A stretch of DNA of 64,000 nucleotides from Phaeosaccion multiseriatum (lineage: Eukaryota > Protista > Ochrophyta, other classes): positions 1,674,001-1,738,000 of the forward strand of contig OZ218952.1 in the NCBI GenBank assembly GCA_965112735.1, written 5' to 3'. The translations under genes were made by a program, and so were the position numbers. The notes under the pieces were generated by a model. It was not told the origin of the DNA. It did no database searches and was given only the letters and a program-made list of their open reading frames with translations. The first letter of the stretch is position 1, and every line of letters begins with the position of its first letter. Shown one piece after another: positions 46,357-57,800 of the stretch.

Positions 46357-49300
46357 GCTATTGGAGTTCAAGTCGAAGTTGTTGTATTCGTCCCCTCGCT
46401 CCCCCCTCTCCTCTGCCTCTCGGAGCTGCTGCTCCACCGACAAGGTTGCGCCTTGAAAGTCGCGCAGCAGATCCGATACCTCCATCTGTGAGAGTAGTGT
46501 AAGCCGGTCTACCAACTGGTGAGCCGCCTTGTTGTGCTTGTTCACGGCGGAGAGCGGCGCCCATTCGTGTGCCTGCAGGGCGAAGCGGGCAGCTGCGACG
46601 GGGGTGCGTGGTTGTTGCTGTTGTTGTCCCCTCTGCGCCTGCCCCAGCCCACGCCCCTGCGAGGAGGCTCCTCCTCCTCCTCCTCCTCCTCCTCTTCCTC
46701 CTCCTGCTTCTCCTCCTCCTCCTCCTCCTCCTCCTCCTTCTCCTCCTCCTCCCCCTCCTCCTTCTCCTACTTCTCCCCCTCCTTCTCCTCCTCCCCCTCC
46801 TCCCCCTCCCCCTCCTTCTTCTCCTCCTCCCCCTCCGTTGCTGCTGCTCATGACTCCGACGAAGTAAGTGCCGAGCTTGTACCCCGCGTGGTGGGGCTCG
46901 ACAGAGACCTTATCGAGGCGCTCGAAGGACGTGCTGCGCCAGCCGTGGTCGACGAGGGAGGGGAGCGTCTCGTGGGCCACGAATAGATCAGGATCCCCCT
47001 GTTGTTGTTGGTGTTGGTGTTGTTGTTGTTGGGGTTGTGGTGGTGGGGGAGAAAGAGAAGTGAGGGAGAGAGGGAGGGGGAGAGAGGGAGGGGGAGAGAG
47101 GGAGTAGAGAGAGGAGGGGGGGGGGGGAAGGTGGCAACCCCCGAAGGCGTAGCGAAGGACGTGAGGCAAGAGGGTCCAAAGAGGGAGGCACAACTCATTC
47201 ACTCACTCAGTCACTCAATCACCCACCTACCCACCCACCCACTCACCTCCTCACTCACTCACTTGCTCACTCACTCACTCACTCACTCACTCACTCACTC
47301 ACTCACTCACCCACCCACTCACTCACTCTCTCACTCACTCACTCACTCACTCACTCACTCACTCACTCACTCACTCACTCACTCACTCACTCACTCACTC
47401 ACTCACTCACTCACTCACTCACTCACTCACTCACTCACTCACTCACTCACTCACTCACTCACTCACTTACATATTTCCTCACTTACTCACCCACCCACTC
47501 CCTCACCCACTCACCCACTCACCCACTCACCCACCTACTCACTCACCCCCTCCCTCCCTCTCTCCCTGCCTCCCTCCCTCCCTCCTCCCTCTCTCCCTCG
47601 TTACTTGACTCGCTCCACCCCCCCCCTCCTCCCCTCCCTCCCCCCCTCCACCCCTCCCCCCCTCCACCCCTCCCTCCCTCCCTCTCCCTCCCTCCCTCCC
47701 TCCCTCTCCCTCCCTCCCTCCCTCCCTCCCTCCCTTCCTCCCTCCCTCACCTGCAACGCCTCGAGAGTAATCTCCACGGAAGTACCGGGCTTGGTGATGG
47801 TGAAGGAGAAGTAGGCCCAGCCCCGGGGGCCGCACCGTCCGTCGATCCGCACACCAAAGGCCAAAGGAGTGACCGTAGAACCGGGGGTGGGGGAGGACAC
47901 GGAGTTACTCGCACTCAGCTCTGAGTCGTTGTTGTTGCTGTTGTTGCTGCCGCTGCCTAGGCTGGCGGTACCGTCAGCGGTGGCAGGCGTCGCCTTGCTG
48001 AGCTCGAGCTTCCGTTGGGCCACTGTTTCGATCGATTACGTTTGAGACACAGGGAGGGAGGGAGGAGGAGAGGGCAGGGGAGGAGAGGGGAGGGGAGGGG
48101 AAGGAGAGGGAGGGGAGGGGCAGAGGGCAATGAAACTGTTCAGGCTCATCGTAGTCATGATCATCATGATCATCATCATCTCTCTCCTCTCCTCCCTTCT
48201 CCCTTCTCCTCCCCCTTCCCCTGCCCCGGCATATCACCAACTCACGTGCTTTGGCTTGCCCCGCGATGGCATCCGGTGGGGTCGCCTTGCTATGTACCGC
48301 CCTCCCCTGCTCCTGAATCAGCGCCGCCAGACTGCCCATATACTTGCGCCAATCCACGTCCTCCGTCATGACCATAGGGAAGAACTCGGCTGGATCCAGA
48401 GACGTCTTGAGTAAGTCATTGAGATCCTTGGGACGGGCTTTGTCCACGAGCCCACTTATCCACCGCTCCTCCTCGGCCTCCCCTACCGAGAGGACACTGG
48501 AGGTGTCAGATCGAGCTGTTTCTGGCCCCTCTTCTCCTGCTTCTTGTTCTTGTTCTTGTTCTTGTTGTTCTTCTTCTTCTCCTCCTCTTCCTCCTCCTCC
48601 TCCTCCTCCGGCCCCGCCTAGCATACCCCCCCCGCCCGCCGCTACGACTGCCGCATCCCTCTCCTCCTGCGGCACGCCAAAGTCTTGCGGGCGGTGGTAC
48701 GGATCAAAGTCCAGGCGACACTCATCGGCAAACTTGAGCTGATTAAGCAAGTGTCCCGTGTCCACATCCACCTCCGCCGAGCTCTTGATCTTCCACAGAC
48801 AAGGGAAGACAGGGTTTCCAAACTCGTCCACCTCGAACATCATGCCCTTTCTTTTCCTCTTCTCCTCCGCCTCCCTCTCCGATGGCGGTGCCGGAGGCGG
48901 TTCGTTCCACATGTCATTCACAAGCCTCGACAGCTTCTCCTCCGCTGCCATGCCCTCCCGCGCGTTTTGCTCTCGCCTCTCTTGTTCCGCCATCTCCTCT
49001 GCCAGGGCCTCCTCTCTCCTGGCGAGCTCCTCCTCCCTCTCCTGCAGCAAGCAGAGGAAGCGTCTCTCCTGCAGCACCTCCTCCACATCTTTGTCTTCCT
49101 CGGTCATGAGCGCCGTTTCGTACAGTTCCTTCTCGTGCAATTCATCCCTTCGCTTGCGCTCCTCCTCCCGCCGTTGCTTCAACACCTCATCCTCGAGTCT
49201 TCTCCTCTCCTCGGCCTCTTTCCTTCTCTCCTCCTCCTCCTCCAAACGGAGCCGCTCCGCCTCGTCCTCCGCGATCCTCCGCTCTCTCTCCTTCTGCTCC

Positions 49301-51931
49301 CGTAAGGCTGCCACCCTCTGTCTCGCGGCCTCCTCCTCCGCCGCCCGCCGCTTGCTCTCCTCCTCCGCAAGTCGTTTCGCCTTCTGCTCCTCAAGCTTCT
49401 TCTTGCGATCTTCGAGTTCGAGCCGCTTGGCTTCCATTGCCTCTTCCCGCTCCCTAAGCTCTCTGTTGGCGAGTGGGGGATGCCCACAAGCCAGAGCCCG
49501 ATGGAGAGAGCGCAAGCGGAGTGAATCAAAAGTCAAAGCGTCAAAGGCTGGAGTGAATCAAAAGTCAAAGCGTCAAAGGCTGGAGTGAATCAAAAGTCAA
49601 AGCGTCAAAGGCTGGAGTGAATCAAAAGTCAAAGCGTCAAAGGCTGGAGTGAATCAAAAGTCAAAGCGTCAAAGGCTGGAGTGAATCAAAAGTCAAAGCG
49701 TCAAAGGTTCGAATAGCAAGTGGGCACTTGTCTTTAGCGCTAGTGGGTTGGGTGTGCGTGTGTGTGTGAATGTGTGTGTAGGGGTGCGTGTGCGTGTGCG
49801 TGTGCATGTGAGTGTGTGAAAGCGTGCGTGTATGCGGTGGGTGGATGCCGCCCAACACATTTGATCCAACTAGTTTGGTTGAGTCCCTCTCCCTCTCCCT
49901 CCCTCCCTTTCCTCCTTCCGACCTAACCTCCCTCCCTCCCTCCCTCCCTCCCTCCCTCCCTCCCTCCCTCCCTCCCTCCCTCCCTCCCTCCCTCCCTCCC
50001 TCCCTCCCTCCCTCCCTCCCTCCCTCCCTCCCTCCCTCCCTCCCTCCCTCCCTCCCTCCCTCCCTCCCTCCCTCCCTCCCTCCCTCCCTCCCTCCCTCCC
50101 TCCCTCCCTCCCTCCCTCCCTCCCTCCCTCCCTCCCTCCCTCCCTCCCTCCCTCCCTCCCTCCCTCCCTCCCTCCCTCCCTCCCTCCCTCCCTCCCTCCC
50201 TCCCTCCCTCCCTCCCTCCCTCCCTCCCTCCCTCCCTCCCTCCCTCCCTCCCTCCCTCCCTCCCTCCCTCCCTCCCTCCCTCCCTCCCTCCCTCCCTCCC
50301 TTCCTCCCTCCCTCCCTCCCTCCCTCCTTCCCTCAACACACCTCTTCCTCTTCTCCTCCCCTTCTCGAAGCTCCTCCTCAGCCGCCAGTCGAGCCGCTTC
50401 CTCCGCCTCCCTCTCGGCTCGGTTCCGCTCCTGCTCCTCGTTGATGAGACTGTGCATATCCGATTGCGTTTGGTTCCTCTTGAGTTTCTGCTGCATCAAC
50501 ATCCGCTGCAGTTTGGCCTCCTGCTGCTCCTGCTTGCTGCTCGTTTGGGGCCTCTTATCCTCTTCCCCTCCTTTATCACCGCCCTCGGCCTCTTCCCAAG
50601 CGACTCCACGCTTCTTCTTCTTCTTCGCCACTGTCTTGATCGCTCGCTTCGAAGGCTGGCGGGCGAGCTTGGGAGCGGAAGCCTCTCCCTCGTTGCTCTT
50701 CTGCTTCTTGTTCTCCCCTTCCTCCTGCTCCTCCCCCTCTCCCTTCTCTCCTTTGTGGGTGGCCGTAGCGTTCCCCTCTTCGTCCTCGTGCATGACTCTG
50801 CTCCCATTCTTTCCGGAGCCTCTCCGCAGGAAAGCTGAGCCTGAAGAACAGATCAGCAGCGGCAACAGCAGCAGCAGCAGCAACAGTAGTAGCCGCAGTA
50901 GTAGTAGCAATTGCAGCATCGGCAGCACGAACAACAGGGAGAGTCGGTGAGCGATTTCCAGCATTAACAGGTAGGTAGGAAGGTACACAAGGAGGTAGGT
51001 AGGTTCATAAGGATGTAGGTAGGCAAGTAGGTAGGTGGGTAGGTAAGTGAGAGGAAGACAGAGGGAGAAAGGTAGGTAGGTAGGTAGGTAGGTAGGTAGG
51101 TAGGAAGGTAGGTGGATTTGTAGGTATGTATGTAGGTAGGTAAGTAGGTAGGTAGAAGAAGGGGGAAGGAGGAAGGTAGTTAGGTAGGTAGGTAGGTGGG
51201 TAGGTAGGTAGGTAAGTAGGTAGGTAGGTAGGTAGGTGGGTGGGTAGGTAGGTAGGAAGGTAGGCAGGGAGGTAGGGAGGTAGGTAGGTGGGTAGGAAGG
51301 GACGAGGTACATACGAGCGAGAGTCGCAAAGCATGAGGCATGTACAATACAGTATACCCCTCCACCGCCTCCCAACACTCACCACTCCCACCCCATCCAC
51401 TGCCATCCCATCTCATCCCTTCCACTGCCATCCCACCCCCTCCCAACACTCACCACTCCCACCCCATTCACTGCCATCCCATCTCATCCCTTCCACTGCC
51501 ATCCCACCCCCTCCCAACACTCACCACTCCCACCCCATTCACTGCCATCCCATCTCATCCCTTCCACTGCCATCCCAACGCCGTCCCACCCTTCCTTACC
51601 TCTACGGGAAAGCCCCTCGAAGGACCCGCGCCTCGAGCGAGAAGCACGGCGGCACGCCAGACACGACGGGGAAGGCGCAGAAGCAGATGCAGAACAAGTA
51701 CACATGAACGAAGAAGAACAAGAAGGAGAAGGAGAAGAAGAAGATGATGAAGAGGAAGGAACAATGGGGAGTCGCCGCTGACTGGTCTGAGCACGCGTGA
51801 GGGTGAAAACACTCTTGGAGGTCACGGTAGGGAGGTCCGGCCCGGCGAAGTAGTGTGATGTGAGAAAGCCTGTGCTCTCGAGGCTGGGGTCGCTTCGCAC
51901 CGCATAGGTCTGCAGCGTTTGCTGCTGCTGG

Positions 51932-51972
<41 letters not shown>

Positions 51973-52286
51973 GTGTTGCTGTGGACGCGGGACTCTGCCG
52001 CAAGTCGGAGTGGCGGTAGCGGCACCTTGCCTGCTGAAGGTGCGCGTTTGCAGGGGATTCACAGGGGTTCCGTCATCGAGATTCACGTTCGCGACCCACT
52101 CTCCCCCTCCCAGGGACGAGCCTTGCTGCTGCCTCACCAATGGCTGTCCTTGCTGTCCTTGTTGGTCATGCTCATAGCGGCGGCGCCCTCCTTGGGCTGA
52201 CGACGACAACAGATTGGAAGAGCTCAAGCTGGGGGAGAGAAGCTTGCTATTGCCGCTCTTTCTGACTCTGCCACCATCGCCACCAC

Positions 52287-52319
<33 letters not shown>

Positions 52320-54818
52320 GCTGCGCCCCCAACACCTCCGCAGCGGTGAAGAAGTCGGTCTCGGACAGCCCGGAGGGCCCTCGCCCCATCCTCCCCCTGC
52401 TGCCGCCGCCCCTGCTGCCGCCGCCCCTGCTGCCGACGGTATTGCGTAGCGCATCACTGTCCGTGATGGAGGGAGCAAAGAACCCTGTGATATCCCCCCA
52501 ATCGGCACTGCCACCCCCCACCACCGTGCCACTCAAGAAAGAAGAGGCTGTATCACCAAATGCTGCAGTTGTTGCCGCCGCCCCTCCCCCTCTGAACCGT
52601 TCCTTGCAAGCCTCACACACGCAATCCCTCGGTGCTGTACTCGGAGCGGAATGGTCTCTGTGCATCATGCGATGTAGTCCTCCTGCCCCTCCTCCTGTGG
52701 CCCTGTCCGGCCCCGCGGAGTGGAGCGGTCTCCGAGCCGGCTTGGTCACGGTCAAGGCCCCAGCCGCTGCCCCCCATTCGGGTGTGTCGACGTAGTGACA
52801 TGTCCGAGAGTCCCACATGTGAGACACACCGTCTCCCACCGTGGCACCTCCTCCTCCTCCTCCTCCTCCTCCTCCTCCTCCTCCTCCTCCTCCTCCTCCT
52901 CCTCCTCCTCCTCCTCCTCCTCCTCCTCCTCCTCCTCCTCCTCCTCCTCCTCCTCCTCCTCCTCCTCCTCCTCCTCCTCCTCCTCCTCCTCCTTCTCCTC
53001 CTGCTCCTCCTCCTCCTGCTCCTCCTCCTCCTCCTCCTCCTCCTCCTCCTCCTCCTCCTCCTCCTCCTCCTCCTCCTCCTCCTCCTCCTCCTCCTCCTCC
53101 TCCTCCTCCTCCTCCTCCTCCTTCCCCTTCTCCTCCTCCTCCTCCTCCTCCTCCTCCTCCTCCTCCTCCTCCTCCTCCTCCTCCTTCCCCTTCTCCTCCT
53201 CCTCCTCCTCCTCCTCCTCCTCCTCCTCCCATTCTGAGGATGGCCATACCCGAAGTGGAGCTTAATTGCTTCAAGTCCATCCAACTCATCCTCTCGCCCT
53301 CCGACCAGCACATGTCTTCGCCTCTTTGGTGACAATCTTCTCCTACCCCACTTCCCCACATCACCCTGGCCTCGGTAGCAGCTCCTCCTCCTCCTCCTCC
53401 TCCTCCTCCTCCTCTGGAGTAAGCAGTCTCGAGGTACTGCAGCAACGCCGTCCACTGTACGCTGTCCGCCCCTCTGAGTTGCGTGCGAATGGTGGCAGGC
53501 ATGTCACGGAGGTTCGGCACCGCCCCGCCCATGAGCGTTTCAAAGTAGAGCACAATCCAAAAGTCGAGGTAGCACACGGTCAGGTCCAAAGGGTCGATGA
53601 AACGGTTCACCAGGGCCTCCAGCACCCCCTCTAGGCCCTTGGGCAGCCTCAACTGCACCACTCTGGTGTCGGTGCTAGGACTCAGGGGTGTCACCACTGC
53701 TGCCAGCCCACTCCCGCCACCACCACCACCACCACCACCACCACCACCGCCGCCGCCGCCGCCGTCGGTCTCCGCCTGCTGCTGCTGCTGCACCACCCGC
53801 CGTGCCAGCCCCAGCCTTGGCCAAACTCTCCCGCAATGAAGCGCCAGACAGGACTCAAAGTCTCGCACTTCGAGAGAGCCGGTGCGTTGCTCGTCGGCCG
53901 CGATGAAACTGTCAAGGAGGGGGCGGAGAGAGCGCAAACCGGCCAAGAAGCGGGCCTCCTGGGCACGGCTCTGGGCGCCCTCCCCCTCCTCCTTCTCCTC
54001 ATGGTCTTTCCTCTTCTTGTCGGAGGCCGCGCTACTAGCACTGCGACTTTTTCTTCTTCTTGTTGTTCTTCTTCTTCCTGTTCCGTCGCCATCGTCCGGT
54101 GGCTCTGTTGGTGTCGTCGTCGTCTCCTCCACCCCGTCGCACACAGTCACACGGGTGAGGCCCCGCATCGTCTTGCTGTGCATCACTTGGCGCCTCTCCC
54201 TCTCGCGTGCTGCTGCCACTTCGCCACCCCCACTCTCTCCACCACCATAACCGCTCTTACTACTCTGGGTTCCTCCCTCCCCTTCCTCCTCTCCCTCCTC
54301 CTCCCCCTCGTCCTCCCTCTCTTCTTCTTCCTCCTCCTCCTCCTCCTCCTCCTCCTCCTCCTCCTCCTCCTCCTCCTCCTCCTCCTCCTGCTCCTCCTCC
54401 TCCTCTTCGAGAAGCTTGCTAATGTCTCTTGGCCTTGCCTTTATGAGTGTGTAGCCCCAAATAGCCTTGGGTCCAAAGAGTCGCTCTGAAGCATCCCTCT
54501 GAGCCATCTCCATGTCCCTGAATCTCCAAAGTACCCTCTCCAGCATGGAATCGAGGTCCACCATATCGTACATAGAGAGGCTCGACTTCACCCCCTTTCT
54601 CCCCATCGTCATCATCATCATCCCTCCTCCTCCTCCTCCTCCTCCTCCTCCTGCTGCTGCTGCTGCTGCTGCTGCTGTATCACCAACTGCTGTACGGGGT
54701 GGCAGGGCCAGCAATTCCTCCTCAATGTGTGCCGCAAAGACGGGAGAGAGCCTCCGACACGCCTCCTTGCAGCACAACGCCGCGTGTGCCCTCTGCACCA
54801 GGTGCGCGGGAACCCTCT

Positions 54819-54850
<32 letters not shown>

Positions 54851-57800
54851 TTGCTGCTACTACTGCCCCCCCCCCCCCCCCCGCTGCTGCTCCTCGACAT
54901 GCAGGAAGCCGAGCTGCACGATGCTGCTACGGAGCTGCAGCACGAGCCACTGCGCATACTCAGAAGCGGGCCGCTGTACCACCAACTGCTGGTCCTGACC
55001 CTGGCCCTGGCCCTGACCCTGCTGCTGCTCCTGTTCCCTCGGCTGCTCCTGCTGCTGCTCTCTCTTCTTTCCCACCTCCTTCTCCTCGTCTTCTTGCACT
55101 ACACTTCCGACGGCGGGGCTCTCCTCGCCGCCGAGCGCGAGCACAGGCATTGCGACATCCTCTATGAGCCCACTTATCGGCACACTGTCCACATGGCTCT
55201 TGCTCTCTCCGTCCTCCTCCTTCCCCTCTTCCTGCGGGAGAATATGCTGCTGCTGCTCCTGCTGCTCCTGGTGTTGTTGCTGCTCCTGCTCCTGCTCCTG
55301 CTCCTCCTCCTGCTGCTGCTGCTGCTGCTGCTGTTGTGTCGCCAACTGCTGCAGCCCCAGGAAGGCCGCAAAGGTCCTCAGCACGGGCTCCGAGCTGAGA
55401 TTGTGCAGCACGCCCTCCAACAAGTCAACAAGTCGCTCCTCTGCAAGCGCAAGCAGCCCATAGCGCCGAAGGAACAGGCGGTACGTGAAGGGCGCCAGCA
55501 GAAGGGAGGAGGTACAGCACCCCGGCCCCCCCCCTCCTGCTCCTCCTCCTCCTCCTCCTCCACCACCACCACCACCACCACCACCACCACCACCACCACC
55601 ACCACCACCACCTCCGAGGCCTTCTGCTGCCTTCCCTTTCTGATGCTGCTGCTTCCTCCTTCCTGCCCGCCCGTCCTCCTCTGTACGATGCTTGTGATAC
55701 AAGTCAAGTATGCTCCTTACGCACTCCACCGTCTCGAACAGATGCAACATAGTTCCCTCCCCCTCCACCCTCACACACCCCTCCACCGCAGCCCTCTCCT
55801 CCACCCACTGCCGCCCCTCCGCGCTCCACACCTGCTCGAAGCTGGCCGGCACAGATGGCAGCAACGCACGCAAGTTGGCTGTATGCACAAACGGGGGTGG
55901 CTGTGTGTCCAGCAAGGCGTGGCGGTCCTCCACCAGCCAAGGCGCCGTCGGAAAGTCCATGTTGAGAGACGGCCCCTCCACTGCCATCCCGCTGCCGTCC
56001 ACCGTAGCTGGACGATGGGACAGACGTAAGCGTTGACCTCCGTTCAGAGCTCCCCATCGCTGAGACAAAGTCGCCCCGAAGGCCCATGGCTGCTGCCGGC
56101 CTTGCTGCTGCTGGTGGCCTTGCTGCTCGTGTTGGTAGTCGCCGTCGTCGTCGTCATCATCATCGTCATCATCATCATCATCAGCATCAGCAGCAGCGGC
56201 ATCGTCGATGTCATGGCCAGCCCTCCTGCTGCCCGCCCCCCTCCTCTCCCTCCTCTTGGCGGGGGTGAGGCCGAGGCCCTCCTCAAGAATTCCAAAACAG
56301 TCCAAATCTTGGAGGCCCACCCGCAGCTTGACGGGCTCCCCCATGCTGTTGAAGGTGTGACGCACCCTCGTACTTTGCAGCTGGCGGTAGCGCCTCTTGC
56401 GCCGCCTCTGCCCGCCCCCCCGTCTCTGCTGCTGCGTGCCCTCATAGGCTGGGGCAGTGAGCGGGGGCACCGCACGCTCAGGCATTGCGCTATTAGGACT
56501 ACTCCAGCTACCTCGCTTGGTGGAGATGCTGCTCCGGCTGCTCATGTTGGTGCCGCTGTTCCTGCGGTAGTTACTGCCTCGACGTGGCGATTGACCACTC
56601 CGACCGGCAGAGAGGCCACCGCCTCCATCTCCATGTTGGGCTCCAATGATAGAGCCGTTTGCAGCAAGCAAAGGAGGCCCCGATATGAGAGCTCCACTGT
56701 CGGTGTTGCCCAAACTCAAACTCACACACGAAGAAGGGTGACGCGGGTCCTCGTCTTGCGCCAAAGCCAAGCTGACGGAGCTGCCTGCTGACAGCGGCCG
56801 GGAATCATCGTGCACTCCGCTTTCCTGCCTCGCTTGCTTCTCCTCCCTCTCTCCCCCCCCCACCTCCTCCTCCTCCCCCTCCTCCCTCACCGCCTCCTCC
56901 CCGTCAAAGCCCTGTCCCCGAAGTGTCTGTTGCCGCTCCTGCTGCTCGCGCGCTGCTTCCATTTGCTCCTGCTCTTGCCCCAGCACGGCAGCCACAACCA
57001 CGCACGCCTGATCCAGCGAAATGAGGTCTATTCGTGCTCCTGCTGCAGCTGGTACTGCTGCTGATGCTACTTCTCCTTTCTCACTCCTCTTGCCATCATC
57101 GGACAGGAAAATGCCATCATCGTCACCGCCCTCGTCCGCATTGGCCATCATTCGCAGAGCCGAAGTCAGCCGGTCGCTTCGTTTGCTCGCTTGGTGCGGA
57201 CATGCCGCTGGGATCCAGAGATTGAGCGCAGCCAAGAGCTGCGCTACCTGCACCACTTCCCCCCCCCCCCCCCCTTCTCTTCCCCCTCCTGCTCCTGCTC
57301 AGCTACGTGCTTCGCGTCTTGCCACTCCTCCTCGCCCGGACGCTCCTCTTCCTTGGCAGTGTGAGTCCTGCTCTCCTTCCCACCCTCCTTACCCTCGTCT
57401 TCCTCACCCCCCCCCCCACCTCCTCGCAGCAGCCTCAAGAAGGCAGGATCGTGTCGAAGGTCCACCGCCGAAACTGTGGGTGCGTGCTTAGCAGTGTGGG
57501 TACTCACTGACAGCTCCTCCTCCTCCTCCTGCTGCTGCTGCTGCTGTTGATCGTGTGAACTGTGGTAGACTTGCTGGCCTGAGCTCCTTAGGTTGAGCGA
57601 TTGAAGCGTGTCCACAGAGTACAGGCTGCTCACCAGGCTTCCCATGGGGTTGAAACTACTCTCCTCTTCTCCTTTTCCTTCTTCTCCTCCTCCTTCTTCT
57701 CCTCCTCCTCCTCCTCCTCCTCCTCCTCCTCCTCCTCCTCCTCCTCCTCCTCCTCCTCCTCCTCCTCCTCCTCCTCCTTCTCCTCCTCCTCCTCCTCCTC

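Noticed and set aside
49518-49707. 32-bp repeats as a CRISPR array (likewise 11106-11345 and 43277-43908)
   Set aside because: Units are contiguous with no unique spacers, the context is a eukaryotic intron or UTR, and no cas genes are present.
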